From the NCBI GenBank assembly GCA_045659245.1, contig JAZOWN010000066.1, positions 2,213 to 66,212 on the forward strand: a DNA stretch of 64,000 bases, written 5' to 3'. The stretch comes from Eubacteriales bacterium (lineage in GTDB: Bacteria > Bacillota > Clostridia > Oscillospirales > CAG-272). Every line of letters starts with the position of its first letter. Within the stretch, counting starts at the first letter, position 1. The position numbers and the translations under genes are program-made. Below, piece by piece: positions 45,903-54,825 of the stretch. Under the pieces are notes generated by a model. That model was given only the letters and a program-made list of their open reading frames with translations, did not search any database and was not told where the DNA came from.

Positions 45903-47044
45903 CAGTAATCCACCGGCTTTGCGAGATCGTAATCACGCCAATTCAGCTTCAAAGCGCGAGCCATACTCTCCTCAAGAGCAATAAGCTTACTTTCAGGAGT
46001 CTTGTCGCACTTCAACTGATACGGTATTTCCTGCAAAGCAAAGAAAACGTCGTGAGCAGTAGCCACACCACCGCCATAGGTCATCTCAAACCGCGAAATT
46101 GCTTCAACAGCCTGCTTTTTAGGCATAGCCAGTTTCTTGCAAATACGTGTCATGGCATTTATGGGATAGCTCAGAACTGTTTTCTCAAGCTCTTCGAGAC
46201 GATGAATACCGTCTTCGTATTGAGCAAATAGCTGTTCGAGGGCTTTTTCAAAGTCTGCAACCGTCTTTTTATTGCGATGATCTACATCAATACAACCACC
46301 TATGTTTATCGAATATCCGTTTCCAACCAGCAAAGCCGAAACCTTAGCTGAAGATATTCCTATATCCGATGTTGTAAATCTTACCCCAGGAGTCATACGG
46401 CGAATTATTCCGCCTTTGCCGCGAGACTCAAGCAATCTTGAATATGTGTCAAGAAGGTCATTTCGCTGGTCGGGCAAGCTCCAAGAAGCGCTTGTAATAG
46501 CATGGTCGCTATATCCGCTATTAAACTCATTGCCGGGGAAACGCTCATCAAGCTTTTGCTGTAAAGCGGTCAGAAGCTCCTTTATGGGCAATACCGAATA
46601 GTCTGATTCATCACCGGAATGAATAGCCGAAACCTTTTCGTCACGTATCAGCACCAGTGCGTCTGTTGTCGAAAGATTCAGACAATCGTTCACTACGCGA
46701 GCAAGAAGCGGACGCTCAAGTCTTGGCAGAGATGAGCCATTTATCTTTGCGCGGTCAAGCATAGTTTTGTATGCTGTTGATCGCATAGGATAAACATCGC
46801 CGCCAACGGCTATCGCAAGACCGAGGTTTTTTACCGTATCCTTAACTGCCTCCTCGCTTATCCCGAAAGCAAATCTGTCGGGGTTCAAGTAAAGTTCAGA
46901 TTCCTCATGCAAGGGTTCTACCTGAAGATCCTTTATCTTGCACCGAAACCATTTTGAATTTTCGTTTTGTTCTCTATGAAAGTTCATTATCATAGGGAAC
47001 GAATTGAAGGTTGTGGAATAATTATCCATACATACGTTTTGCAT
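45902..47044 (-). CDS. conserved phage/plasmid protein, possibly DUF932-like
   Basis: 380 aa, first gene after promoter/leader module A. The family assignment is a weak recollection only. Confidence 0.3.
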   Translation of the reverse strand: MQNVCMDNYSTTFNSFPMIMNFHREQNENSKWFRCKIKDLQVEPLHEESELYLNPDRFAFGISEEAVKDTVKNLGLAIAVGGDVYPMRSTAYKTMLDRAKINGSSLPRLERPLLARVVNDCLNLSTTDALVLIRDEKVSAIHSGDESDYSVLPIKELLTALQQKLDERFPGNEFNSGYSDHAITSASWSLPDQRNDLLDTYSRLLESRGKGGIIRRMTPGVRFTTSDIGISSAKVSALLVGNGYSINIGGCIDVDHRNKKTVADFEKALEQLFAQYEDGIHRLEELEKTVLSYPINAMTRICKKLAMPKKQAVEAISRFEMTYGGGVATAHDVFFALQEIPYQLKCDKTPESKLIALEESMARALKLNWRDYDLAKPVDY

Positions 47045-47082
47045 TTTTATGCTCCTTTCTTTTTTGCGGTGTTTCCACTTTA

Positions 47083-47120
47083 ATATATAACAAAAACCGC
47101 CAATCCACAGACTGACGGTT
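47083..47120 (-). terminator. second leader hairpin + U-run of module A
   Basis: Minus strand AACCGTC-N12-GGCGGTT followed by TTTTGTTATAT, about 70 nt upstream of the ATG at 47044. Confidence 0.45.
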
Positions 47121-47144
47121 TATGCTTTTATTTGCCTGTAAACG

Positions 47145-47184
47145 AAAAGTGCCAATATCACCCTTGGGCAATACTGGCACTTTT
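47145..47184 (-). promoter_or_regulatory. conserved leader hairpin of module A
   Basis: Minus-sense AAAAGUGCCAGUAU...AUAUUGGCACUUUU forms 14 bp including one G-U that pairs only in the minus-sense RNA. Its base is shared with the module B hairpin. Confidence 0.55.
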
Positions 47185-47221
47185 AAAATCTGATAAACTT
47201 TAATTATTCTTAGATAATTTT

Positions 47222-47310
47222 GATACTTTACGTAGATATTATACCAAAGAAAATTTACTCCGTCAAGGCTTTGCCTAAAGTTTGCGTACTATTGGCGTAA
47301 TATTGGCGAA
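47222..47310 (-). repeat. promoter/iteron module A (copy 1 of 2)
   Basis: Minus strand: 11-bp tandem repeats CGCCAATATTA / CGCCAATAGTA / CGCAAACTTTA (47308-47276), TTGACG (47266-47261), 17 nt, TGG-TATAAT (47243-47238), 5 nt, box CGTAAAGTATC (47232-47222). Confidence 0.8.
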
Positions 47311-47315
47311 ATACT

Positions 47316-47579
47316 TTAATATGGAACCATATCATTCATGAAACTCCAATTCTCGATGGGCAATTTCACAAAATCAGGATTATTGGCTTTACACACATCC
47401 TCTAATGCTTCGCGAATGCCACAACGGCTGCAAACGTATATATCTGCGCGCCTACTCAGCGCATTACGAAGAAGTGTCGGCGTCATTATGTCACCACACC
47501 TCGGGCAAGGTAAAATTTCTCCTGACTTTTGTCTCATGTAGTAATTTTTCACTATTTCGTTAGTACGTAAAAAACTCAT
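47316..47579 (-). CDS. small zinc-ribbon protein
   Basis: 87 aa with CPRCG...CSRCG. Confidence 0.5.
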   Translation of the reverse strand: MSFLRTNEIVKNYYMRQKSGEILPCPRCGDIMTPTLLRNALSRRADIYVCSRCGIREALEDVCKANNPDFVKLPIENWSFMNDMVPY

Positions 47580-48025
47580 AATTGTTCCTCCACCGATTCT
47601 ATTTGATCCTCAAACTCTTCATAGGTTTCGGGAATAACTCCGTATTCCGCTCTGACGTTACCTAATTCTTCGTCCCAAACTGAAAGATAACATTTTTCTT
47701 TTTTGAGCTTGTCGTTCTCATTAAGCTCTTTATAAAAGATTCGTTTCTCTTCCTCGTCAAATGGCTTCGGCAAGGAATAGCACACGCCAACACCGTCAAA
47801 CTGAAAATATGCGGCTCCGTAACCTATGAGGTCATCGGATTCTTTTTGTGGCTGTTTATCCTCGTCTAATATTTTTTCTCCGTCTTCATTGCGAACATAG
47901 TGCCAACCGCTACGTCTACCGCAACGGTTACACGATTCCCATTCTTCGAAAGTCCTGCAATCAAATTCTACCGTAAGTACTCCGCCACAGCGGGGACACC
48001 TTTCATATGTAATACTTGAGCTCAC
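47576..48025 (-). CDS. zinc-ribbon protein
   Basis: 149 aa with CPRCGG...CNRCG at the N-terminus. Coupled to its neighbours by overlapping start and stop codons. Confidence 0.5.
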   Translation of the reverse strand: MSSSITYERCPRCGGVLTVEFDCRTFEEWESCNRCGRRSGWHYVRNEDGEKILDEDKQPQKESDDLIGYGAAYFQFDGVGVCYSLPKPFDEEEKRIFYKELNENDKLKKEKCYLSVWDEELGNVRAEYGVIPETYEEFEDQIESVEEQL

Positions 48026-48225
48026 GATGCACGCTCCTTCCCTTTTTTATCGAAGTTAAGCTCGTAAACGATCTCACTTATAGCCTTGTCGTCGTCCCAT
48101 TTAGCCGTTGCTGTTTCTCTTGTGGGGCCCGCGCCGTAGTGAACTGAAACTATGCCATTATGTATTTGCATAAGCACGTCTTTTCTTACAGCACAAACCA
48201 CCGCCAAATTACCAAGTTGTTTCAT
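48022..48225 (-). CDS. hypothetical protein
   Basis: 67 aa, overlaps the next start. No recognised domain. Confidence 0.35.
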   Translation of the reverse strand: MKQLGNLAVVCAVRKDVLMQIHNGIVSVHYGAGPTRETATAKWDDDKAISEIVYELNFDKKGKERAS

Positions 48226-48240
48226 ATATGCTCCTTTCTT

Positions 48241-50415
48241 TTATGCAGCTTCCATCAAGTCTGCCATAAGCACGTCCACGAGACGTTGACCTTGAAGCTG
48301 TCCTGTGTTGATAATTATATTCTTTTTGCTGAGCTCCTTGAAATTTTCAAAGCGAAGAATACGGCTGGTCTTAGCAAGCTCACGGTCCTTGTCCGTCATT
48401 CGCTCCTTGATCACCTTCTGCCATTCTCGCAAAAAATCTGACGCATCGGATATGTCCTTTTCCTGCCTATCATACATCGTTCGCTTCTGACGAACCGTAC
48501 CGCAAGGCTCTACCTCAAGCGTATAATATGCCTGCCTGGGACTCTCACTCTTACGCAAGAAGAACACATATGCCTCGTTTCTGTCAATCCTATCCCAATA
48601 CTTGTCAATATTGGCAACACAGTGATGTAACGCACGTCCCTCGGATAATATCTGCTCAATTTTGGTGGGAACGATAATGGTATAGTCGCTGTTTGCATAC
48701 TCATACTTATCCTTGACATCAAGTAGATTGGTTTCTAAGTTAGAAAACTTCGCTCGTATTTCTTTTGCCCGTGTTTCATCGTCTTCTTGATTACAAAGAT
48801 CAACAAGTTCATCGTGACGTTGCTTTAACTTTCGTACACGGTAAACTATCTCATCGTTAATGTCGTATCCAAAACGCTCTGCCATTGACAAATAATCCTG
48901 CCACGTATCAATAACTTCTCGAAGTTTCATAGAGTTATCCGTCATTTGCCTCTTGACGTAGCTCTCGATTTGAAGAACATTCATTCTGTCGCTTATAAAG
49001 TCAAACGTCTTGGGAGTTATGCTATTCTCTAAAAGCCAAAGCAGTGTTTCTTCCGGAATTTCCTTTTTGGTGTCAGTCTCATGTTGCAACCACGTAAGCA
49101 TATCCATATTTCCGTTATACTTCCGCAATTTTCGAAATGCCGTCGGTGTAAGCTTGAGAATTTTTATTATACTTTTTTGAACGTTTTCTTCAGTAACGGG
49201 CAAAAGCTTATTTTTATTCCACGTATACGACTCTATAAGTTCATCGGAAAGTTTAAGCAATCCCACCTTTACCGTTTTTTCCAAAAAAGGGCACGCAGTA
49301 AATGCAGTTAAATATTTTTCCGGATTTATATCCGATATATACTGCATATATTCCTTAAGCCCAGTCGACTTTAGTTCTCCTTTGAATAATGTCGGAAGCG
49401 TTTTTCCATATACCTTACCTGTTTTATTTACCAGATAATATGCAGGAGCATCCGCACTACGTATCCAACGATACTCTACGTTTTTATATGAGCCGTAATA
49501 ATATGCCCTATGGGTACGATCTTTCATATTTCCTATGGTTCTTCGGTATTCAAACACACTTACCTCGGGATTTTTATAGTTATCAAAGGTATATCTTCTG
49601 TATCCCTCGAATTTCCTTATCATATATCCGTCCTTGCATTTCTGTATAAGACACATAATGTATCGATCTGTAAAAAGGCGTTTGAAACGTCCAACGGACT
49701 TAAATACTATTTTCCTATGACAATGTGGACATATACCTTCTGCATTATGATGTGGCGGGCTTACCTTTACCGTGTTTTCGCAATACGTGCAGTAGCCGTC
49801 TCTCACCTTATTTCTTGAATATCTGTAAAAAATATAATTTTCAGGAATACCGACCTTATTCACCCACCTTTTCCAATCCTTGGGCAGAGGTGGCGTGTGC
49901 TTCAAATCCTCATCCCAAGGATCCGATTGCTTTTTGTGTCTTTGCTTCAGCCGTTCATTCATTATCTCACCTTGAGAACGAGATATTAAAGTAACCACGT
50001 CCGTACTTTCATCACCAAAATAACTGCGTACTGTTTTTTGAGTTTCAGGACAACAGTATACTTTAGGCGCATAGAAATATGACGGCCATTTCAAATTTCG
50101 AAATGAGCCTGTCAGCCAATGATTATTTTCGGTATTGTAGGTAAGATAAGTTTTTTCATATTTGTCGAAATAGATCTCGTACAGCGGCTTCTTTACGTTG
50201 GTACGAATATCCTCTGTAATAAAACACGCTAACTTCAGAATACCGTCTTTCACACAACACCGCAGATAAACTGCGGTGTTGTGTGATCGTGTTTCATACT
50301 TACATCCATTCCAACTCCGATGCACGGTAATTTGAGGCTTATCTTCCATCGCCATACGGTACATAGATGGAGTAACTTTCAGCTTTGGCATTTCATGTAA
50401 TTGTTTTTTATTCAC
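48241..50415 (-). CDS. PcfJ-like protein
   Basis: 724 aa. The C-terminal block EGRALHHCVANIDKYWDRIDRNEAYVFFLRK resembles the PcfJ domain. Cys-rich motifs (CTYC...CPHC) lie mid-protein. Adjacent to a PcfK-like gene, as on pCF10. Confidence 0.55.
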   Translation of the reverse strand: MNKKQLHEMPKLKVTPSMYRMAMEDKPQITVHRSWNGCKYETRSHNTAVYLRCCVKDGILKLACFITEDIRTNVKKPLYEIYFDKYEKTYLTYNTENNHWLTGSFRNLKWPSYFYAPKVYCCPETQKTVRSYFGDESTDVVTLISRSQGEIMNERLKQRHKKQSDPWDEDLKHTPPLPKDWKRWVNKVGIPENYIFYRYSRNKVRDGYCTYCENTVKVSPPHHNAEGICPHCHRKIVFKSVGRFKRLFTDRYIMCLIQKCKDGYMIRKFEGYRRYTFDNYKNPEVSVFEYRRTIGNMKDRTHRAYYYGSYKNVEYRWIRSADAPAYYLVNKTGKVYGKTLPTLFKGELKSTGLKEYMQYISDINPEKYLTAFTACPFLEKTVKVGLLKLSDELIESYTWNKNKLLPVTEENVQKSIIKILKLTPTAFRKLRKYNGNMDMLTWLQHETDTKKEIPEETLLWLLENSITPKTFDFISDRMNVLQIESYVKRQMTDNSMKLREVIDTWQDYLSMAERFGYDINDEIVYRVRKLKQRHDELVDLCNQEDDETRAKEIRAKFSNLETNLLDVKDKYEYANSDYTIIVPTKIEQILSEGRALHHCVANIDKYWDRIDRNEAYVFFLRKSESPRQAYYTLEVEPCGTVRQKRTMYDRQEKDISDASDFLREWQKVIKERMTDKDRELAKTSRILRFENFKELSKKNIIINTGQLQGQRLVDVLMADLMEAA

Positions 50416-50416
50416 A

Positions 50417-50959
50417 TCACTGCCCTTGCCTTTCTTTGAAATCTACGTCGTACCATACGTTTGGCTGGATATTCTTGCCATCTACTCGAGTAAGCGCTAT
50501 TCTCTCAATAGATTGACCGCTTGCATCTTCCTTTGCAAATGCAAGAATATCTCCAAGGTGTCCTTTAGCTATTGGATCTTTGCCTCTTACTACTGCGTAA
50601 CCACGGCTGGCAATAGCTCGATTTTTTGAAACGTGACTGCTCCAAATACGTTTTGGGTGGTCAACCATAAACGCAAGTCCGTGAAGAAACAACTGCTCGA
50701 CACTTAACTGCTTTATAATTCGAAGCTCCGTGCTTGCAATCTTACTATCTCTATCGTCCTCGTCTATATCCCCACCTGCCTCAACAATACAATAAACAGA
50801 TTTATTGATATTTCCGTAATAAGTAATACAGTCAAGAGGATTTTCTGCGCTATGAAAACCGTTCTTCGCGCAGTTTGCCTCCACAGTAACATTTTCTCCC
50901 ATAGTAAACTGATACCCTCTGCAAACAAGTCCTTCATCAAATCCTTTGTATGCTATCAT
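50417..50959 (-). CDS. conserved hypothetical phage/plasmid protein
   Basis: 180 aa, N-terminus MIAYKGFDEGLVCRGYQF...NGFHSAENPLDCITYY resembles a widespread uncharacterised family. Confidence 0.4.
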   Translation of the reverse strand: MIAYKGFDEGLVCRGYQFTMGENVTVEANCAKNGFHSAENPLDCITYYGNINKSVYCIVEAGGDIDEDDRDSKIASTELRIIKQLSVEQLFLHGLAFMVDHPKRIWSSHVSKNRAIASRGYAVVRGKDPIAKGHLGDILAFAKEDASGQSIERIALTRVDGKNIQPNVWYDVDFKERQGQ

Positions 50960-51900
50960 GCTGCGAAGTCACCTCCAAGCATTGAGAACAGATCAAGCTG
51001 TCCCTCAGCTTCAAACACCTTGGGCTTTGGCATTTCCTTAGTAGGTTCAGGTTTGTTTTCAGCCACATTATCAAGCTTCTTTTCACCCTTTTTCTCTGTT
51101 TTCTTATTGGTTTTGGACACAGTTTTTCCAAGATACGGCTTGGGAACGAATTTTTCTTCGTTTTCATCCTTATCCTCCGGTGCGTCCATATCAAAGAAAT
51201 ATTCTCTTGCCCATTGATAACAAATTTCATCGGGAACATCGCTACCATAGCCTTCAGCGGTTGGCTTGATGTCATTATCCTTCATTTCCTGAACGACAAA
51301 TTCCTTTGCCTTGCGGGTTATGTAACGGAAACAATTTACCATATTCTTACGGGGATGCATAGCTTGCTTTGCAAGCTCGGTATCCTCACAGAATAACTTT
51401 TGCAACCTTTCGGTAACGCATTCCTTCATATTTCGCCGCGTCAGACGTTCGGTTGCGTCACCAATACGCTTTTTTGATGCGGCAATAAGCGCATCATTGT
51501 CAAGTGATATTGCCTCTTCCCACTCGGCCTTCTCTGCATCGTCCTTGGCTTTCTTTTTTGCCTCCCACTCCGCCTTTCTTTTCGCCTCTGCCTCCTCATG
51601 CTCTTTACGCTTTTGATCCTCGCTTACCGCTTTGGTAGATTGAACAGTAGAATGCTGTTCGGAAGTCTCAGGCATCGTATCCATCATTTCGTCAGGCTTC
51701 ACTTTTGGCTCTATTACAGGCAAACTTGCTTTTTCGCTTTCCGTAGGCTTGGGCTCTTCCTTTTTCTGTTCGATAGATTTGTTTTCCGCAACCTTCGCAG
51801 GTTTGCTAAAGCCTTCCATCATTGCAAAAAAGTCTATTTCTTCTACTTCATCATTTACAGGCATACGCATATCAATATCTGTTTCTGAAAAATATCCCAT
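50956..51900 (-). CDS. PcfK-like protein (family named Cas9 inhibitor AcrIIA9 in public annotation)
   Basis: 314 aa: a charged Lys/Glu-rich centre and a C-terminal block MVNCFRYITRKAKEF...GYGSDVPDEICYQWAREYFFD typical of PcfK-like proteins. Confidence 0.5.
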   Translation of the reverse strand: MGYFSETDIDMRMPVNDEVEEIDFFAMMEGFSKPAKVAENKSIEQKKEEPKPTESEKASLPVIEPKVKPDEMMDTMPETSEQHSTVQSTKAVSEDQKRKEHEEAEAKRKAEWEAKKKAKDDAEKAEWEEAISLDNDALIAASKKRIGDATERLTRRNMKECVTERLQKLFCEDTELAKQAMHPRKNMVNCFRYITRKAKEFVVQEMKDNDIKPTAEGYGSDVPDEICYQWAREYFFDMDAPEDKDENEEKFVPKPYLGKTVSKTNKKTEKKGEKKLDNVAENKPEPTKEMPKPKVFEAEGQLDLFSMLGGDFAA

Positions 51901-51919
51901 TTACTTTCTCCTTTTCTTA

Positions 51920-52192
51920 CTATGCGCATTTTAAACTCTGCGCTACATTCGAATGCGGAATCAGAGAGACGTCATAAACACATCGCTCCGTTTCAAAGCA
52001 TACCTTGGTTTCACTTTGCTGAAGTATTTTTGTCACTTGCGGTGTTCGAATAATCCTACCGCAATAAAGAATAACTGATCTCGCACCTTCCTTTATAGGA
52101 AACACGAGACTGCCGCTGATGTGCATTATACTCTTTGCACTGAGTTTTTTTACATGTAATCCGCCGGAGTTTATATTTTTAAGTTCCAGCAT
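51920..52192 (-). CDS. hypothetical protein
   Basis: 90 aa from the ATG after AAAGGAGAG. No recognised domain. Confidence 0.35.
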   Translation of the reverse strand: MLELKNINSGGLHVKKLSAKSIMHISGSLVFPIKEGARSVILYCGRIIRTPQVTKILQQSETKVCFETERCVYDVSLIPHSNVAQSLKCA

Positions 52193-52251
52193 AATCTTCT
52201 CTCCTTTCACTTTGTATCATTAAAGGGCAACTCTTACAGTTGCCCTCATCT

Positions 52252-54813
52252 TTATACTCTGATATACTTTTTTACAATAGACGTGAGTTTGGTCGGAAGC
52301 TCATCGAGATTTGTAATATCCAAAAATGAGTTTCCGTATATTCTTTCGATATTCCCCTTATCCTCACCAATAGCCGCTACTACGTAAACGAGTCCTCTAC
52401 GCTCATACTCAATTTTGATACCCGTAAGGTCTGCCTCCGCACTTGCTCCGCCATACCTTTCCGCATACGGTTGTCCATCGCATATCTGTATGAGGAGCTT
52501 TATTTCTTCGGAACGTTTTGAAAGCTGCTCGGAAACAAAACGGAGTGCCGCACCGTCACGGTTATTATTCCTTGCGGTAATATCCATAAGACGATATTTA
52601 TCGTCGCTGTCATAAGACTCGAACTCCGCATAAGAGTACAACGCAACAGGCTCTCGATCACCGCGACAGTAATCGGTAGAATGTCCGTAGATCATAATAG
52701 GAATACTGAGTCTCTCGCAAAAATCCTGCAAAATAATAGAAACTGCTCTCGCATAAACACATCTCTCGCTGCTCCACATAGAGCCTGATTCATCAACAAG
52801 CAACGCCACAGCAATTTCCGAACGTTCATCGGGAGCATTCTTTTTATAAAACATCTTACCGTCACTTCTGTGTACCGCAGATGTATCAAGTCTTCGTCCC
52901 ATCATAAGACCGCCAACCTTTCCGCCCCTTCGTTTGTCCTCAATATGCTTTTGCAAAGCTCTTGCGAGTCTCTTAGATATGTCAACAAGCGGCTCGGAGA
53001 TGCTTTCGTATTCTTCCTTTAAGGAATCTGGCACCTCTGATATACGGTGCACCTTAACGTCCACACCCTCGTGAATATCTCCGTAGGATATTTCCCTTGC
53101 CAACTCATTAAGCTCGCTTATACGCTCTTCCTCAAGCTCATTGCACGCCGCGCGCTCTGCCATAGTATCCAGAAGATCCTGAATTTCGGCAGCGGCTCGT
53201 ATATTGTGCAAATGCTCATATTCCTCATCACGCTCAACTGATCCGCCCTCACTGTATTCGGCGCAGTCCTCATCCGATATCTTGTCCTCACCGTCACGGT
53301 CAGGCAGTTTAAGACGATCGTCAGCATCATACGAAGGTTCTTCGCTGTCCGCTTCTTGTGTTTTCTCCGTGTCGTCCGGCTCATCATCAAAGTCATCATC
53401 CGTCTCGTCAGAACTTTCATCGTCTGTTCCATCTTCAACGTCATCGAGAGAGAGCTGTTCTTCGTCAATTTCGGATCTTTCTTCATCACCGTCAACGTCG
53501 CTCTCCTCTTCCTCGGACATTTCTTCATTGCCGATCTCAGGAGTAGGTTCTTCATCAACAGATTCTTCAGACGATTCTTCTGCTTCGCCGTCTGTATCAC
53601 CTGATACCGATTTCTCACCGTCTTCTCCGTCTGTCTCGCCTTCATCAGACTCAATTTCCACATCATCGGATTTTGAAGATTCCTCTGCAACAGAACTCTC
53701 ACTTGCGCAATCCTCTGTTTGAGCTTCAGTTTCGGTTTCATCTTCCCTTTCTGTTTTCTCCGCAATTTCGGATATCGTCTTTTTTCTGTTCTCCATAGTT
53801 ATAAGCATAGGCTTTTCATCATCAGAGGCGCTAACGGGAGAGGTATCTCCCTTACCTGCCATACTGATACCGATCAAAGAGCTGAACGCTTCTTCGATAA
53901 CAGCCGTTGTATCCTTACCTATCTTCGCCATTTCTTTGCTTCGTTCGCAAAATGCCTTCAGATGATCCCAACAGCATATCATTATCTCATTGACAATGCA
54001 AAGCCTGTCTTTATAATCTCTGCTCATTATGGAATAATCTATTTTCGTAAGAAGCTTATATACTGCTTGTACTCGCTCGTCGTCCGAGGACTCTTCACCG
54101 TACTTTATATCTCCGTACAACGCGTAAGATAGCATTATCTGCATAATGCTAAAAAAAGTCAGTCCCTTGTCGCCGTCTTCCTTTTCCTTAAGCTGTGTTA
54201 TAGTTGGAAGCTGTTCCTTAAACTCGACACGCATCTTATCAAGAGCATAACCGAGCGTACCGGGAAAATTGCAAAGCATTCGGTTTTCAACGTAACCGTC
54301 CTCAATGATATTTATAATATTCTTGGCAATCTTCATAAGAGCATCTCTGTTTTCGGGATCGGCTCTTGCGTAATCCCAAAATGCTCCCGCGCTCTCTATA
54401 TACTTTCTATCGGTCAATTCGGGAGAGGTTGGATACCATCTGTATTCCATAAAATTCTCAAAATACCGCTTTGACTCTTTGTAATCGGTATAAAGTACCT
54501 GACCAAGCTCATGGACTACAAGACCGACTATAACATGATACCTATCCGTTCTGCTCTCCTCTTTGGTAACAAGAGGATTGCCTGCGTTTACCATAATAAC
54601 CGTATGGTCCGTCGCAGCTATAAACGGATCCTTCGTGTCCCAGAATATCTTTATTCGCACACGGCGTCTGTACTTATATCTGTTCAACTGAACGGCAACT
54701 ATCTCCTCAAGGTGAGCCACAAAGATACGTGACGTAAAAAAAGTCTCGTCACTTATTGCGCTTCTTTTGGACGCTATTCGTTCCCTTATCTTTTTGTGAT
54801 TTACCCATCCCAT
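52252..54813 (-). CDS. vWA-domain protein with N-terminal metallopeptidase-like region and long acidic tract (CobT/DUF2201-like partner of the AAA ATPase)
   Basis: 853 aa with VVHELGQVLY (HExxH-like, second His replaced by Gln), a D/E/S-rich low-complexity tract of roughly 170-200 aa, and a C-terminal MIDAS VDESGSM vWA domain. Confidence 0.7.
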   Translation of the reverse strand: MGWVNHKKIRERIASKRSAISDETFFTSRIFVAHLEEIVAVQLNRYKYRRRVRIKIFWDTKDPFIAATDHTVIMVNAGNPLVTKEESRTDRYHVIVGLVVHELGQVLYTDYKESKRYFENFMEYRWYPTSPELTDRKYIESAGAFWDYARADPENRDALMKIAKNIINIIEDGYVENRMLCNFPGTLGYALDKMRVEFKEQLPTITQLKEKEDGDKGLTFFSIMQIMLSYALYGDIKYGEESSDDERVQAVYKLLTKIDYSIMSRDYKDRLCIVNEIMICCWDHLKAFCERSKEMAKIGKDTTAVIEEAFSSLIGISMAGKGDTSPVSASDDEKPMLITMENRKKTISEIAEKTEREDETETEAQTEDCASESSVAEESSKSDDVEIESDEGETDGEDGEKSVSGDTDGEAEESSEESVDEEPTPEIGNEEMSEEEESDVDGDEERSEIDEEQLSLDDVEDGTDDESSDETDDDFDDEPDDTEKTQEADSEEPSYDADDRLKLPDRDGEDKISDEDCAEYSEGGSVERDEEYEHLHNIRAAAEIQDLLDTMAERAACNELEEERISELNELAREISYGDIHEGVDVKVHRISEVPDSLKEEYESISEPLVDISKRLARALQKHIEDKRRGGKVGGLMMGRRLDTSAVHRSDGKMFYKKNAPDERSEIAVALLVDESGSMWSSERCVYARAVSIILQDFCERLSIPIMIYGHSTDYCRGDREPVALYSYAEFESYDSDDKYRLMDITARNNNRDGAALRFVSEQLSKRSEEIKLLIQICDGQPYAERYGGASAEADLTGIKIEYERRGLVYVVAAIGEDKGNIERIYGNSFLDITNLDELPTKLTSIVKKYIRV

Positions 54814-54825
54814 AGCTTACTCCTC

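Noticed and set aside
47265-47308. The 11-bp tandem repeats at 47.3 kb and 58.6 kb as a CRISPR array or minisatellite
   Set aside because: There are only 3-4 units with no spacers, and they sit directly against a -35 box. This is consistent with protein-binding iterons, not CRISPR.
53118-53765. Alternative-frame and antisense ORFs (53118-53765 minus, 53204-53722, 53356-53604, 53358-53546 plus) inside the vWA gene
   Set aside because: All fall within the D/E/S-rich repetitive tract, where every frame stays open. Their products are Ser/Lys/Arg-rich translations of the same repeat.
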